Shown: positions 40,601 through 52,061, counted from the first letter of the stretch. The stretch is 64,000 nucleotides of DNA from Candidatus Thalassarchaeaceae archaeon (GCA_045568235.1 JBJLBJ010000023.1:20531-84530); one strand, 5' to 3'. Notes: a model not told the origin generated them from the sequence alone. Numbers and translations are program-made.

Positions 40601-40693
40601 TTCCGTAGCCGTATCATCACCAAAGGCATTCATAGGAGTAATGCTGCAAATAAGAATGATGAAAATCAATGCAGGTACTTTTTGACTTGTCAC
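37652..40693 (-). CDS. Large acidic surface protein with two choice-of-anchor-X-like motifs and C-terminal TM
   Basis: Signal peptide; LSDSGLNGD..RDNIWT and LEDNGNNGDRIANDNIYT; C-terminal hydrophobic anchor; GTG start inferred. Confidence 0.8.
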   Translation of the reverse strand: MTSQKVPALIFIILICSITPMNAFGDDTATERSCEILVDWDVQYSGFDSNMSTELIHRYIVNFEPTYVNGTSPGGVSIQAEHLRNELDILSQEEITFVNAGGVIDIVLNSQPIFNDKIILFVETSETSCTRELSITQWNQPISDHEVTRETTWSMEGGQTDTNQSILFEGRGWQKRTNSLLESNELGNGSLLLDLSDGVRTTTLSLDLSKVWLNESYDGSELITQDFEMLGSGSLILSDSEEGEGLLIEAQVKDAFIVRSWSENTLTERIRIEASGWLSFNGGSNDSSEGGFGEISLFYYETWDENGVRRLQDTQVEANASVRISGFGESFSFELDDFMTSERWEDGIREHQFMKMSGAGNFDFIASESPYIEVNGTIPVIDIESIGGETVSDTIIVDGTYSGDAEGSFGLVREIVDSDAYANESGEYFEADKIRNEFWFNVSATPIGPIDQEFSAEHNLTYEYTVPQEDWDNRILKYEYVEDNGSVQYEYPPNSPTIIQPQPPVSESIFSNPISRETGLCPEILFLGDHFHLIGNLALPLEVSVVDLDIVNIDSHTVSIALWEGNYFNSNNAFGSVVNEGLLAGLLHEVYRTVDFGNGNDSNNESIKFLEYQLTDTILYPSIISSSENSAPIINTSSNSSVRFREGYLFNEGGKANLEILVTDIDTDVVSVIADFSELGLGKIPLSDSGLNGDLVIRDNIWTTEIIHNGLQYGVIEIPIILQDIWTSVTQNITIIVLNEAPRMLSIEFTPSQVFRGEQVSVSIKAVDGHGVDSVSIDMFGNGGGITILELVEELWIGVFNIPEAFTPGERNLIIRLVDSTGESRTTSQIFINGQFKDANRLTILNDSPSVNNITLYRNSQIVSKILIPESGVPISHTLEVTVNDVDDISSAQIKIGRLAPIGSSNSWLLLEDNGNNGDRIANDNIYTISFDVRNTLSEGEFTILIRATDSYLSVTPAESQEHTLFLERGTSNNSEFDNWLSENSMFLISFLMIFLLLIGFGGAYYLLRNSEL

Positions 40694-40747
40694 AATTAAT
40701 GGATAACCTATTGACCTTTGAATCAAACGGTATGTTGCTCTTAATTA

Positions 40748-41170
40748 TCAGAATAGTGGTTCTTCATAATCATCATCGACACCAGAACGTTCTCTCCATA
40801 ATTCGGTAGGAACATCATCATATACTCCTGCATATGGATCTTCAGCAATCAAAGATTGTTGATTTTTTGCAGCCTCCGCTGCAGCAAGTGCAAATGCTTC
40901 AGCACTGGCTTTAAATTTCCAATAATGAATCCGCCATTCCCTACCATCCCATAATGTAGTTTCTTCCGATTCGGTAGTTAACAAGTCATAATCTTGTAGT
41001 TGATAAAATAAATTCCTATCTGTTGGCTCTAAGGCATTATCTATAATTCTATTAGAAAAACCAAAAAAACCGAGTGCATGCTCAGCTATATTTTCAGCAA
41101 CAACAGTTTCCATATCCATATCGACTTTAGTCCTTATTGCTTGAGTTAATTGTGCTAATGTCAGGCCCAT
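40748..41170 (-). CDS. Conserved Thermoplasmatota protein (DUF6015-like, possible winged helix)
   Basis: FFGFSNRIIDN.LEP.DR..FY.L....LL...EETTL.DGREWRIHYW; SD AAGGAG. Confidence 0.7.
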   Translation of the reverse strand: MGLTLAQLTQAIRTKVDMDMETVVAENIAEHALGFFGFSNRIIDNALEPTDRNLFYQLQDYDLLTTESEETTLWDGREWRIHYWKFKASAEAFALAAAEAAKNQQSLIAEDPYAGVYDDVPTELWRERSGVDDDYEEPLF

Positions 41171-41290
41171 TACAACAACTCCTTCAGATTAATGCGAAAG
41201 ACTTCTTTATTTCAAACATCTCACTTAAAGTGTAGTTTTAATAGGAAATGATGCCGAAGCGATTAATCTTAAGATGCTCTCGGAGTATTT

Positions 41291-42208
41291 GTGGAAGACT
41301 TAGCGAATGGAAAATTTCTTGGCCTGGAAGAGGCGGAAAAGGGGCCTTATGATTTAGTAATATTGCCCATTCCTTTAGAAATGACAGTTAGTTGGATGGA
41401 GGGTACTTCAAATGGCCCAAGTGCTTGCATAAATGCAAGTTCTCAAGTTGAATTATTTGATCCCATTTTAAATTCTGAAATTCCCTGTGGATTATCTTTT
41501 CATACAGCTAAAGAGTGGTCTTCAGAAGAGTCGACTTTAAGGAAACAATTAGATTCAATTCAAGAATATATCAAACCCTGGATTAATGGAAGTCAATTTC
41601 CAATTGTTTTAGGAGGAGAGCATGGAATTTTACTACCTATAGTTGAGATTTTAGATGAACATCCAGAAATTGACGATTTGAGTCAGATTACTCTGATACA
41701 AATAGATGCACATGCAGATTTGAGAGATACACTAAATGAAGAAAGATATTCTCATGGTACAGTAATAAGAAGATGTTTGGACGAAGGAGTTGGCAAAGTT
41801 ATCCAGATAGGCATTAGAGCATATAGCGAAGAAGAATCAAAAATAATTAATGATGATGATAGGATAGAAACTTGGTTTGCTAGGGACATACTTGGTGTAA
41901 TGGAAAGAAACACTGGTTGGCCAAAATTAGTAAAGCGTATTTCGGAATTAGAAGGCCCGATTTGGATTACCTTTGATATTGATGGTTTGGATGGGAGTTT
42001 AGTGCCCTCTACAGGAACGCCTGTCCCTGGAGGGTTATCATATTGGGCAGCAGTTGAATTGATAGAAAGAGTCTTTAAATCAGAAAAAGCAAAGGTTATT
42101 GGAGCAGATATTAATGAAATTACTCCAGGGATTGACAATAGATTGACCCAATTTAATGCAGCTTTAATTGCAACAAAAATAATTGCATGCCATATTTCAA
42201 CACTCTAA
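41291..42208 (+). CDS. speB: Agmatinase (ureohydrolase family)
   Basis: GGEH, DAHAD, SHG, TFDIDG.D, TGTPVPGG. Confidence 0.9.
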   Translation: MEDLANGKFLGLEEAEKGPYDLVILPIPLEMTVSWMEGTSNGPSACINASSQVELFDPILNSEIPCGLSFHTAKEWSSEESTLRKQLDSIQEYIKPWINGSQFPIVLGGEHGILLPIVEILDEHPEIDDLSQITLIQIDAHADLRDTLNEERYSHGTVIRRCLDEGVGKVIQIGIRAYSEEESKIINDDDRIETWFARDILGVMERNTGWPKLVKRISELEGPIWITFDIDGLDGSLVPSTGTPVPGGLSYWAAVELIERVFKSEKAKVIGADINEITPGIDNRLTQFNAALIATKIIACHISTL

Positions 42209-42339
42209 CTAAATATTCTAAAAGATGGCATTTAAAGTTATAAATATCTATTGAATAATTAAAAAAAAATAGTATTAAAATATATTTTTACAAGGTAAAT
42301 TTTGTATACAAGTAATTAATCCGATATTTAGGTATAGTA

Positions 42340-43866
42340 ATGAAATGGAAAATAAATGAAATCAATGAAGTGAAAATGCAACTGATACTACCATTATTCG
42401 AGGGAATCTCAAAGGCCCCAAATAATTCACTAAATGGGTTGAATAGAAAACAACGCAACTTGATTAGAGCTGCTATTTCTTCGAAGGATTTTGAAGGTAA
42501 AAAGGGCCAAAGATTATCTGTTTGGACAGAAGGTTGTAGAGTATTACTTGTTGGAATGGGTAAAAAGGAAAGGATTACAGGAAAATTGATTCGAAATACA
42601 GGTGCCAGAACTATTGGAATATTATCAAAGAAAAAGGGAGTGGACATTACGGTTAGATTTACTTCTGGCTGGAACTTAGAAAGTATGTTAATATTTGCAG
42701 AAGGGATGATGTTAAGAGATTATAGTTTTGATGAGCATAAAAAGTCTGACGAAGAGGAAATTTCAGATTCTTGGAATGTAGATTTTCAGGCTAACAATAG
42801 ATATCAAGATTCTTTAAAGATAGGTTTGAAACGAATTAATTCAATAGTAGGAGGAGTACATCTTGCCAGAGATTTGGGCAATGAACCTGCAAATATATTA
42901 TACCCAATGGAATTTGCAAACAGGGCCATTAAATGGGCTGAAAATAAGGAAAATGTAACAGTCGAAGTTTATGACTGGGACAAGTTACAGGAATTAGGGA
43001 TGGGTGGTTTGATAAATGTTGGCAAAGGAAGCGATAGGAAACCATGTATGGTATTATTTACTCTTAATCCCGATGAAGATGTAGATATTCGTAGACCGTG
43101 CATAGTAGGTAAAGGCATTACATTTGATACTGGAGGGATTTCCATTAAACCAACTAATGGGATGTGGGACATGAAATATGATATGTGTGGTGCAGCAACT
43201 GTATTTGGATTGATGGAAGCATTATGGTCAACTGGATATGGAAAGAGAGTGAATGGAATTGCGTGTTTAGCCGAGAATATGCCCGGATCAGGTGCTTATC
43301 GGCCTGGTGATGTCATACCTACTTACTCTGGTAAAACTATTGAGATATTTAGTACGGATGCAGAAGGAAGAAATGTTTTGGCCGATGGATTATGGAAAGC
43401 AGGTGAATTTAATCCTGAATACATTATCGACTTAGCTACCTTGACAGGAGCAGTTGTAGTGGCTTTAGGTAATCAAATAACTGGGATGTGGAGTAATGAT
43501 TACTCATTGCAAAAAAGACTTAAAAATGCAGCAAAGATTGAGGGTGAAAGTGTCTGGAGGATGCCATTGAATTCAGATTTTGAAAAATATATGACTGATT
43601 CTGCATTTGCAGATGTCAGAAATGGATCTGCAGGAGGAAGGGCTGGTTCTTCAAACTCTGCTGCAGCCTTTCTGAAGCAATTTGTACCAAAATATAATTT
43701 TGATAAAGAACAAGAACAGATTCCTTGGATTCATTTAGACATAGCAGGTACTGCATGGGGCCCAGGAGGTAAGGCTAAATCAGAAGCAAGTAATCCTCTA
43801 TTCAAATTTGGAACATCAGGAGTACATGTAAAGACGCTGCATAGAATGATTACAGACAATGATTAA
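42340..43866 (+). CDS. pepA: Leucyl aminopeptidase (M17)
   Basis: [37 protein letters not shown]. Confidence 0.95.
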   Translation: MKWKINEINEVKMQLILPLFEGISKAPNNSLNGLNRKQRNLIRAAISSKDFEGKKGQRLSVWTEGCRVLLVGMGKKERITGKLIRNTGARTIGILSKKKGVDITVRFTSGWNLESMLIFAEGMMLRDYSFDEHKKSDEEEISDSWNVDFQANNRYQDSLKIGLKRINSIVGGVHLARDLGNEPANILYPMEFANRAIKWAENKENVTVEVYDWDKLQELGMGGLINVGKGSDRKPCMVLFTLNPDEDVDIRRPCIVGKGITFDTGGISIKPTNGMWDMKYDMCGAATVFGLMEALWSTGYGKRVNGIACLAENMPGSGAYRPGDVIPTYSGKTIEIFSTDAEGRNVLADGLWKAGEFNPEYIIDLATLTGAVVVALGNQITGMWSNDYSLQKRLKNAAKIEGESVWRMPLNSDFEKYMTDSAFADVRNGSAGGRAGSSNSAAAFLKQFVPKYNFDKEQEQIPWIHLDIAGTAWGPGGKAKSEASNPLFKFGTSGVHVKTLHRMITDND

Positions 43867-45749
43867 GATTCTTCATTTTCTTCATCAGAATCTACTACTT
43901 CAAAGTCTGCTTCTACTACTCCGTCATCGGAATCTCCCTCTGAATCTTGTTCTGCCATTTCTGCAGCGGCTGCCTCATATATCTTTGTAGAAAGTCCGTG
44001 CATCAATTGTTCTATTTCTGCTAATTTTGCTTGTATTGCAGCATCATCTATGTCTTCCAGAGGTATAGGTTGATCATCCTTTACAATGAGATTTTCCAAT
44101 TCATCTAATTTTTCAAGAACTGGTTGCGTATCTTCTTCGGAAAGTTTGTCACCGGTCTCTTCGATAGTTTTGCGTGTCTGGTAAATTATGCTATCTGCCT
44201 GATTACGAAGTTCAACTCTAGTTTTTCTTAATTTGTCTTCTTCGGCAAATTTTTCTGCCTCTGCTATTTTTTGTTGAATTTCATCTTCTGATAAAGAAGT
44301 TTGACTTTCTATCTTTATTGATTGTTCAGTTCCTGTTCCCATATCTTTGGCAGAAACATTGACTATTCCATTTGCATCTATATCAAAAGTTACTTCAATT
44401 TGTGGAACTCCACGGGGAGATGGAGGGATTCCAACAAGATGGAATTGTCCTAAAGTAATATTATCTTTAGCAAATTCTCTTTCCCCTTGTAAAACGTGAA
44501 CTTCCACTGCAGGTTGGTTATCTGCCGCTGTAGAGAAGGTTTCAGATTTACGTGTTGGTATCGTAGTATTTCTCTCAATCATTGGTGTCGTTATTCCTCC
44601 TAAAGTCTCTATTCCCAAGGATAACGGAGTGACGTCTAATAGCAATACATCGGTAACTCCTTCATCGCCTACAATTATTCCTGCTTGCAATGTAGCGCCT
44701 ACGGCAACTGCTTCATCAGGATTAATGCCCTTAAAAGGAGCTTTTCCGACTTCTTTCTCGATTGCAGATTGTACTGCAGGAACTCGGGTTGAACCCCCTA
44801 CGAGTATTACTTTATCGACGTCTCCTTTCTTAACTCCAGAATCTTTCATTGCCCTTCTTGTTGGAGCCATAGTTCTTTCAACTAATTTACTAATTAATTT
44901 TTCAAACTCTGATCTTGATAGGGACATATCTAAGTGCTCTGGTTGACCATCTTTGTTCTGTGTGATAAATGGTAAATTAACTTGTGTTGATGCAGAAGAT
45001 GATAATTCTATTTTGGCCTTTTCGGCTGCTTCTCTAAGTCTACTCATTGCCTGAAGATCTTTTTTCAAATCCATTCCAGTAGATTTTTTGAATTCTGAAA
45101 CTAACCAATCGACTACAACATGATCAAAATCATCCCCTCCTAGGCGATTATCTCCGCTAGTCGCCTTTACTTCGATTTGTGGTTGCCCATCAACTTGATA
45201 TATTTCTAAAACTGAAACATCAAAAGTACCTCCTCCAAGATCATAGACTAGTATTGTTTGATCATCGTCTTTATCTACTCCGTATGCTAAGGCGGCTGCT
45301 GTTGGCTCATTTATTATTCTAAGAACCTCCAAACCAGCAATCCTTCCAGCATCTTTTGTAGCTTGTCTTTGTGCATCTGAAAAATAAGCAGGGCATGTTA
45401 TTACAGCTTGTTTTACTTCTCTACCAAGATATTCTTCTGCATCTGCTTTTAGTTTTTGTAAAATGAATGCAGAAACTTCTTGTGGCGAAAATTCGTCTTT
45501 ATCGATTTTTTGAGACCAATCAGTCCCCATTTCTCTCTTAACCGAAAGTATTGTTCGATCTGAATTAGTAACAGCCTGTCTTTTTGCTGTTATTCCTACT
45601 AAACGCTCACCATCTTTTGTAAAAGCTACTACACTAGGAGTAGTTCGTGATCCTTCAGAGTTTGGGATAACTACTGCTTGACCTCCTTCTAATGTAGCAA
45701 CACAACTATTTGTCGTACCTAAATCAATTCCTATTACTGGTTCACTCAT
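43863..45749 (-). CDS. dnaK: Molecular chaperone DnaK (short archaeal/Gram-positive type)
   Basis: [25 protein letters not shown]; SD AAGGAG. Confidence 0.98.
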   Translation of the reverse strand: MSEPVIGIDLGTTNSCVATLEGGQAVVIPNSEGSRTTPSVVAFTKDGERLVGITAKRQAVTNSDRTILSVKREMGTDWSQKIDKDEFSPQEVSAFILQKLKADAEEYLGREVKQAVITCPAYFSDAQRQATKDAGRIAGLEVLRIINEPTAAALAYGVDKDDDQTILVYDLGGGTFDVSVLEIYQVDGQPQIEVKATSGDNRLGGDDFDHVVVDWLVSEFKKSTGMDLKKDLQAMSRLREAAEKAKIELSSSASTQVNLPFITQNKDGQPEHLDMSLSRSEFEKLISKLVERTMAPTRRAMKDSGVKKGDVDKVILVGGSTRVPAVQSAIEKEVGKAPFKGINPDEAVAVGATLQAGIIVGDEGVTDVLLLDVTPLSLGIETLGGITTPMIERNTTIPTRKSETFSTAADNQPAVEVHVLQGEREFAKDNITLGQFHLVGIPPSPRGVPQIEVTFDIDANGIVNVSAKDMGTGTEQSIKIESQTSLSEDEIQQKIAEAEKFAEEDKLRKTRVELRNQADSIIYQTRKTIEETGDKLSEEDTQPVLEKLDELENLIVKDDQPIPLEDIDDAAIQAKLAEIEQLMHGLSTKIYEAAAAEMAEQDSEGDSDDGVVEADFEVVDSDEENEES

Positions 45750-45766
45750 TTTTTTTCATCTCCTTT

Positions 45767-46402
45767 TTATATATACATTGTTGAATTAATGTCAAAAGTA
45801 ACATCTAAAACACCGTTATTAAATGTCCATTCAATAATTCTACTGGCTGGTTCTGGTAGGTTAAATTTCTTGAAGGGACGTAATTGTGTAGTTTTCATAA
45901 CTTGTAGTGATATACCGGCATCTGCAAGATTTAATTCTATTGAGTTGGCTTCTAAATCAGTATATCTAGAAATATCTACAGTAAGGTACATACGATCTTC
46001 GTGAATGTGAAAATTGTCTTCATCAATTTCATTATCGGTATCGGAATCTGAATCATTAATTTCTGCCTTTACTTCAATTACTGGTTCATTTATTTTCATA
46101 TTTATTCCCATGTTCTTAAGTAAATCGCTAAATCCCTCTGGATTGCCCATTCCCATTAAATTATCAATCATCTTCTTTATTTCTTGGGGCTCTAAATTTG
46201 AATCTATTTTGTTGAAGTCCATCTTAACATTTGTTTTGGCCATATCTTCAGGGTTCATACCCATTTCTTCTAGACGTTGTTTTAATTGGTGCATTAATGA
46301 TTTTAACATGTCATAATCGACATTCATGCCCATTGTAGAAAATAATTTTGCCATCTCTTTTAGCATGTTTTCTTCCCATTCTTCATCACTTGAGACAGAC
46401 AT
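45767..46402 (-). CDS. Divergent Hsp20/alpha-crystallin-like protein
   Basis: C-terminal FKKFNLP...FNNGVLDV; Met-rich N-terminus; directly upstream of dnaK. Confidence 0.6.
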   Translation of the reverse strand: MSVSSDEEWEENMLKEMAKLFSTMGMNVDYDMLKSLMHQLKQRLEEMGMNPEDMAKTNVKMDFNKIDSNLEPQEIKKMIDNLMGMGNPEGFSDLLKNMGINMKINEPVIEVKAEINDSDSDTDNEIDEDNFHIHEDRMYLTVDISRYTDLEANSIELNLADAGISLQVMKTTQLRPFKKFNLPEPASRIIEWTFNNGVLDVTFDINSTMYI

Positions 46403-46538
46403 AACTCATCACTACTTAACCTATGGTTGTATAGTGGGAGATATGAGAGGTATATTAATACAACGTTTCTTAGATTGCTTCAATAAGTGTTAGCACAACA
46501 AGCGAATTAAAAACAAATTCTTATGTCGGGAGATTATA

Positions 46539-48149
46539 ATGAGTGAAACAGAGCATGATATTGCATTAGAGGATACTGATCGTGTTCAAGGGCGTGCAGC
46601 ATTGGTTAACAACGTAAAAGCCTCGATTGCACTTGCAGGAGCAGTAAGATCAACTCTGGGACCACGTGGACTAGACAAAATGTTAGTCGAAGATGATGGT
46701 TCTGTTCTTGTAACCAATGATGGAGTGACAGTTCTTGAAACTGCAAAAGTGGAACATCCGACTGCTAGATTGTTGATATCTGCATCTTCTTTACAAGATA
46801 GGTCTGCAAGAGATGGCACTACAACGACAATATTATTGACTTCTGAATTACTTCAGAATTCTCTTGAATTAGTTAGGATGGGGATACATCCATCAGTGAT
46901 TTTGAATGGATATAATATGGCACTAGAAGAATCATTAAAGGAATTAAAAAGAATATCTAAAAAATCAAATAGTTTAGAATTAGAATTGGCTATTGTTTCT
47001 ACTTCATTGGCTGGTAAGATAGAGGATGGTACTGCGAAAATATTGACTTCTTGTGCCTTAGAAGCAGCTACTTTATTGGCAAATGAAGAAGGAGGAGATG
47101 ATCTAGAAAGATTACGCGTAAAAAGACTTCAAATTGACGGTGGTAAGATGAAAAATTCGCGATTAGTACATGGATTAGTATTGGCAAAAACTAGGCTTGA
47201 CAAATCAACACCATCGTTTTCAAAGAACGGAAAAATTGCAATCATCGATGGTGAATTAGAAAATAAAAAAATAGATTTGGAGGCTTCTATTGAGGTAAGT
47301 GATGTAGGAGCATTAAACAGTTTTCACGATAGAGATATGGAGAAAATTCAACAAATGGTAGACCATATTTCTTCATTTGGCATCAATATATTAATTGTTC
47401 GAGATGGAGTGGCTGATGCGGCAATAACTCCTTTGAGAAATGCTGGGATAATAACATACAGAAGGATGGAGAGAGATGACATGGAATTGTTGTCAAAAAT
47501 AACAGGATCTAGCCCAATCAGAAATCCACTAAATATCGATAAAGAACATATTGGAAAATATACAAATCATAGCGAGAAATTGATTGCGGGCGTTAAATAT
47601 ACTAGTATTGAAGGTAAGAATGCAGGTGGAATGACATTTATCATTAATGGTACAACTCCTGAAGTAAGAAGTGAAGTAAGAAGGGCATTTGATGATGCCT
47701 TAGGCGTCGCACATCGATTGAAGCGCGATGCTTTTATTTTACCTGGAGGGGGTGCCAGTCATATCCATCTTGCAAGACATCTTCGAATGTTTGCAACTAG
47801 TCAATCTGGAAGAGAACAATTAGCTATTGAAGCCTATGCAGCAGCACTAGAAATAATCCCTAGAGTATTGGCAGAAAATTCAGGATTGGATCCTATTGAT
47901 ACTATATTATCACTTTCTGCGGCACAGAATAATGATTTAAAAAATGGCCCTTGGATAGGCTTAGATGCAAAAACTGGTCAGAATTTTTCAATGGAGGTTG
48001 CAGGCATTCTTGATCCTTTATTTGTGGCAAGACACGCCCTTTCAGGAGCAACTGAAGCGGCAATAAGTGTCCTTCGTATTGATGATGTGTTGTGGGCTAA
48101 ACAAGATGCACAAACTCCCGATTGGCAAAATGAAATTGAAGAAGATTAA
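46539..48149 (+). CDS. Group II chaperonin (thermosome) subunit, divergent
   Basis: STLGPRGLDKML, TNDGVT, RDGTTT, PGGGA, LAENSGLDP, LRIDD. Confidence 0.92.
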   Translation: MSETEHDIALEDTDRVQGRAALVNNVKASIALAGAVRSTLGPRGLDKMLVEDDGSVLVTNDGVTVLETAKVEHPTARLLISASSLQDRSARDGTTTTILLTSELLQNSLELVRMGIHPSVILNGYNMALEESLKELKRISKKSNSLELELAIVSTSLAGKIEDGTAKILTSCALEAATLLANEEGGDDLERLRVKRLQIDGGKMKNSRLVHGLVLAKTRLDKSTPSFSKNGKIAIIDGELENKKIDLEASIEVSDVGALNSFHDRDMEKIQQMVDHISSFGINILIVRDGVADAAITPLRNAGIITYRRMERDDMELLSKITGSSPIRNPLNIDKEHIGKYTNHSEKLIAGVKYTSIEGKNAGGMTFIINGTTPEVRSEVRRAFDDALGVAHRLKRDAFILPGGGASHIHLARHLRMFATSQSGREQLAIEAYAAALEIIPRVLAENSGLDPIDTILSLSAAQNNDLKNGPWIGLDAKTGQNFSMEVAGILDPLFVARHALSGATEAAISVLRIDDVLWAKQDAQTPDWQNEIEED

Positions 48150-49103
48150 TCACTTACTCAAACCTTCTATCATTGAATCGACTATATTTTCAAGATTATA
48201 CTGAGCTTCCCATCCCCAATCATCTTTTGCCTGTGAATCATCAATAGAGTTGGGCCATGAATCTGCATATACTTGTCTATTATCTGGAGTGAAAGTACAT
48301 GTGAACCCATCAATCTTCTCTGAGATAGTATCAGCTAGTTGTTGAGCAGTGAATGAAAGTCCAGAGATATTGTATCCTGCTCTTGATTCGCCAATATTAT
48401 CTACAGGAGTATTCATCAATTCTAATGTGGCCCTTATTGCATCATCGATATACATCATTGGCAATCTTGTCTCTGGACTTACAAAACAATCATAATGTCC
48501 TTTTTCAAGTGCGGCATGAAATATTTCTACTGCATAATCTGTAGTGCCACCTCCTGCAGGAGATTTCCATGATATTAAACCGGGATATCTGAGTCCGCGT
48601 GTATCTACTCCATTTTTTTCCCAATACTCATTTGCAAGATTTTCTCCAATAACTTTAGTTTGCCCGTAAACTGTAGTTGGATTGAGGGAGGTTATTTGTG
48701 GTGCATTTTTTGGAGCATCGGGGCCGAAAACGGCTATTGAAGAAGGAGCAAAAATTTTCAAATTATTATTTAGAGCAGTTTCTAAAACAGAAATAGTCCC
48801 ACCAATATTGATTTTTTTACAAAGTTCAGGTTTTTTTTCACCTGTGGCTGAAAGTATAGCGGCTAAATGAAAAATTTCTTGAATATCATATTCTTTTACT
48901 AAATTATCCATTAAATCGGAGTCAACTACGCTTAGAATCTCGAATGGTCCATTTTGTACTCCTGGATTATCGTTTAATTTTCTTACATCTGTTGCTAAAA
49001 TATTGTCATTTCCATGAATTTTTCGAAGTTCTTCTACCAATTCTGTTCCAATTTGTCCAAGTGCTCCCGTGACCATTATTTTTTTCGGCCCTGACGCAGA
49101 CAT
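48150..49103 (-). CDS. SDR-type L-threonine 3-dehydrogenase (epimerase/dehydratase family)
   Basis: GALGQIG, HLAAILSA.GE, YG.TK, GGGTTDYA. Confidence 0.88.
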   Translation of the reverse strand: MSASGPKKIMVTGALGQIGTELVEELRKIHGNDNILATDVRKLNDNPGVQNGPFEILSVVDSDLMDNLVKEYDIQEIFHLAAILSATGEKKPELCKKINIGGTISVLETALNNNLKIFAPSSIAVFGPDAPKNAPQITSLNPTTVYGQTKVIGENLANEYWEKNGVDTRGLRYPGLISWKSPAGGGTTDYAVEIFHAALEKGHYDCFVSPETRLPMMYIDDAIRATLELMNTPVDNIGESRAGYNISGLSFTAQQLADTISEKIDGFTCTFTPDNRQVYADSWPNSIDDSQAKDDWGWEAQYNLENIVDSMIEGLSK

Positions 49104-49210
49104 GGACCTGGGTATAGTACTCAATAAATGAACCTAAAGTAACATTTAGGAGTATGAACATAGCCAATGTTGATATGTCTAGTATATCCGGTTCAAATCC
49201 CGTTGATTAC

Positions 49211-50863
49211 ATGAAGTATGTCGTCGTCACCGGAGGAGTGCTATCAGGATTGGGTAAAGGAGTAACGGCGAGTAGTATCGGAGTATTGCTTAAATCGGCA
49301 GGATTGCGTGTTACTGCAGTAAAAATTGATCCCTATCTCAACAGTGATGCTGGTACTATGAGCCCTTTTGAACACGGAGAAGTATTCGTATTAGACGATG
49401 GAGGAGAAGCGGATTTAGATTTAGGGAACTATGAGAGGTTTCTAGATATTGCACTTTCTAAAGACAATAACATTACGACTGGGAAGGTATACTCTTCGGT
49501 TATAGAGAAAGAAAGAAGAGGGGATTATCTGGGAAAAACAGTTCAGGTCGTACCACATATCACCGATGAAATTCAAGATTGGATTGAAAATGTTGCCAAT
49601 AAGTGCAGTGATAAAGAAAATAATCCTCCTGATGCCTGTGTTATTGAACTAGGCGGAACTGTTGGAGATATTGAAAGTGCTCCATTTGTAGAAGCACTTA
49701 GACAATTCCAATTTAGAGTAGGTAAAGAAAATATTTGTTTTGTTCATGTAAGTTTAGTACCAGTAATGGGCCCAGTAGGAGAACAAAAAACAAAACCGAC
49801 ACAACATACAGTGAAAGAATTGAGAGGTTTGGGGATAATTCCGGACATCTTAGTATGCAGGTCTGAAGTTGCATTAGTCGATGAAACTCGTGAAAAATTG
49901 GCTAAGTTTTGTCATGTATCTTCTGAAGCTGTAATTTCAGCACATGATGTTGCTAACATATACCATGTACCAATTATGATGAATCGCCAAGGAGTAAGAG
50001 AATTATTAGCGTCTAAACTTGATTTTAATTTACCAGATAAAAGTAAATTATTAGAAGATTGGGGGGCGATGGCAAATCATGTTAATTCCTTGGAAGAAGA
50101 AGTTCATATAGCAATGGTTGGTAAATATACTGGATTGTCTGATTCATATCTTAGTGTTACAAAGGCACTTCAGCATGCCTCATATAGTGTCGGTAAAAAA
50201 TTGGTTATTGATTGGATAGAATCAGTTAATTTAGAAGTTGATGATTCGTCTGAACCTGGAGTTTATCAAAAATCATGGGATTTACTGAAAGAGGCCGATG
50301 GAATACTAGTGCCAGGAGGTTTTGGAGGCAGAGGTATTGAAGGAAAAATTAGTGCTGCTAAATACGCAAGAGAAAATAATATTCCATACCTTGGAGTCTG
50401 TTTAGGGTTACAAGTAGCAACAATAGAATTTTGCAGAAATGTTCTTGGAATAAAAAATGCTAATTCTGCTGAATTTGATGACAATGAAGAAAATCATGTT
50501 GTAGTTTTTATGCCTGAAATTTCAAAGACACATATGGGAGGAACTATGAGACTCGGTTCTAAACCAACTCCCTTTCTTGTAGATGATTGTAAAGTTCGGA
50601 GACTATACAATAATGAATCATATGTTGATGAAAGGCATAGGCACAGGTATGAAGTTAATCCTAAATTAATAGGAAAAATTGAAGAAGCTGGATTAATATA
50701 TGTTGGAAAAGATGAAACTGGACAAAGGTGTGAAATAATGGAATTAAAAGATCATCCGTACTATGTTGGAACACAATATCATCCTGAGTTTAAATCTAGA
50801 CCCAATAGGCCAAGTCCTCCATTCTTAGGATTACTAAAAGCTGCTTGTGGGATTGAAATCTAG
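49211..50863 (+). CDS. pyrG: CTP synthase
   Basis: [34 protein letters not shown]. Confidence 0.98.
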   Translation: MKYVVVTGGVLSGLGKGVTASSIGVLLKSAGLRVTAVKIDPYLNSDAGTMSPFEHGEVFVLDDGGEADLDLGNYERFLDIALSKDNNITTGKVYSSVIEKERRGDYLGKTVQVVPHITDEIQDWIENVANKCSDKENNPPDACVIELGGTVGDIESAPFVEALRQFQFRVGKENICFVHVSLVPVMGPVGEQKTKPTQHTVKELRGLGIIPDILVCRSEVALVDETREKLAKFCHVSSEAVISAHDVANIYHVPIMMNRQGVRELLASKLDFNLPDKSKLLEDWGAMANHVNSLEEEVHIAMVGKYTGLSDSYLSVTKALQHASYSVGKKLVIDWIESVNLEVDDSSEPGVYQKSWDLLKEADGILVPGGFGGRGIEGKISAAKYARENNIPYLGVCLGLQVATIEFCRNVLGIKNANSAEFDDNEENHVVVFMPEISKTHMGGTMRLGSKPTPFLVDDCKVRRLYNNESYVDERHRHRYEVNPKLIGKIEEAGLIYVGKDETGQRCEIMELKDHPYYVGTQYHPEFKSRPNRPSPPFLGLLKAACGIEI

Positions 50864-52008
50864 TCTACAGATATAGGTAAAATTCGAGTTGTGCGATATC
50901 CTTGTAATACTTTCATATATTTTTTAAAAGAGAATTCGGAATCTAATGCTTCATCTCCCGTTTCAATTCTTAATTTCCTTACGGTTAATAATTTAGCAGG
51001 CGTTACCACTCCGAGTATATTATCAATCCCAATCTTACGTATTACTGTATGAGATAGTTGTAGATTTCCTCGACCTATCAAAAATCCTTGTCCGCCCATT
51101 GGAGATAAAAGAACAATAAATTGTCCAGAATGAGAATTTAAGAGTTTCAAAATTTGTTTTTCATCTAAATCCGAACCTACTATTTTGCTGCCCAGCGAAA
51201 TATCTATTCCCAGAGTTGTTAAATTAAATCCAATATATTCGCCTATAGATTGTAATGTTCCTCCTGAACCCCATATTATCATAGTATCTTCTTTTACTAA
51301 AGTTTCTTGGATGTGTTCTGCCAAGCCTTCAATAATTTCTTCCTCACTACTAACTTCAACTCTCTGTTTTGAACCCTGCATCCAACGAGGACTAGAGGGA
51401 GTGTAGGCTTCTGCATAATGTCTTACTATCCATTCTCCATTCCTATATTTATCTTCATCCAAATCTAATACTTCAGTGCTTGCTACTAATAAATCTCCTC
51501 TAATCCAAGCAGAAAGAACTTCTGCAGCTGCCTTGGGAGATGCTGCAAATGATCCAGAATACATTTTTACACCAGTCGGTACACCAATCAAAGGTAATTT
51601 AGGCTTATTTAATTCCATTAATTCCGCCACGATATCTCGAGTAGTGCCATCTCCTCCTGCATAAACTATCAAATCAACGCCATAATCAATAATTTTTTTG
51701 ATTATCTCTTTTGTATCATTGGAACTTGTTTCTCCGTGAGATTCATGAATTATCTTTACATCACCTAAATTAATTTCTCGAGGAATCCATTCTGTACCCA
51801 TCCTTCCTTCACTTGTTATCCACGATATATCGGCAGAATCTGCTTTATGCAGAGAAGAAAAATAATTTAGAAAAGTCATTATTCTAGGTCCTGACCTATC
51901 ATCTGCGCCCATTGAGCGAGCCAAATTAGCCTTGCCATCAGATCCTTTAAGTCCTAATTTACCGCCCAATCCTGCGTCTGGATTAACCACTAGTCCTAGT
52001 CTAATCAT
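50860..52008 (-). CDS. ATP-NAD/AcoX kinase-like protein
   Basis: VNP.AG.GG..GLKGSDG, GGDGT.RD, GVKMYS, GGQGF..GRGN. Confidence 0.85.
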   Translation of the reverse strand: MIRLGLVVNPDAGLGGKLGLKGSDGKANLARSMGADDRSGPRIMTFLNYFSSLHKADSADISWITSEGRMGTEWIPREINLGDVKIIHESHGETSSNDTKEIIKKIIDYGVDLIVYAGGDGTTRDIVAELMELNKPKLPLIGVPTGVKMYSGSFAASPKAAAEVLSAWIRGDLLVASTEVLDLDEDKYRNGEWIVRHYAEAYTPSSPRWMQGSKQRVEVSSEEEIIEGLAEHIQETLVKEDTMIIWGSGGTLQSIGEYIGFNLTTLGIDISLGSKIVGSDLDEKQILKLLNSHSGQFIVLLSPMGGQGFLIGRGNLQLSHTVIRKIGIDNILGVVTPAKLLTVRKLRIETGDEALDSEFSFKKYMKVLQGYRTTRILPISVD

Positions 52009-52061
52009 GAGTCCGGGTAGGGATGGTCGTTATTATCGCTACACACTCCCACGGTCATTAT

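Noticed and set aside
37638-40726. Genomic island inserted at tRNA-Gly
   Set aside because: No integrase, direct repeat or evident compositional shift
41247-41290. AATGATG as the C box of a C/D sRNA
   Set aside because: Imperfect C box and no downstream CTGA D box; region is the speB promoter/leader
42209-42339. Very AT-rich spacer as a possible replication origin
   Set aside because: Short, no ORB-like repeats and no adjacent cdc6/orc1
46490-46510. TTAGCAC, CIRCE-like, between the hsp20-dnaK unit and the thermosome gene
   Set aside because: Partial half-site only; the second GAGTGCTAA arm is absent
49190-49202. GGTTCAAATCCCG identical to the tRNA-Gly T arm (37614-37626), a possible att site or tRNA remnant
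   Set aside because: Only 13 nt, no acceptor 3' end, no cloverleaf, no integrase, and the intervening region holds core genes
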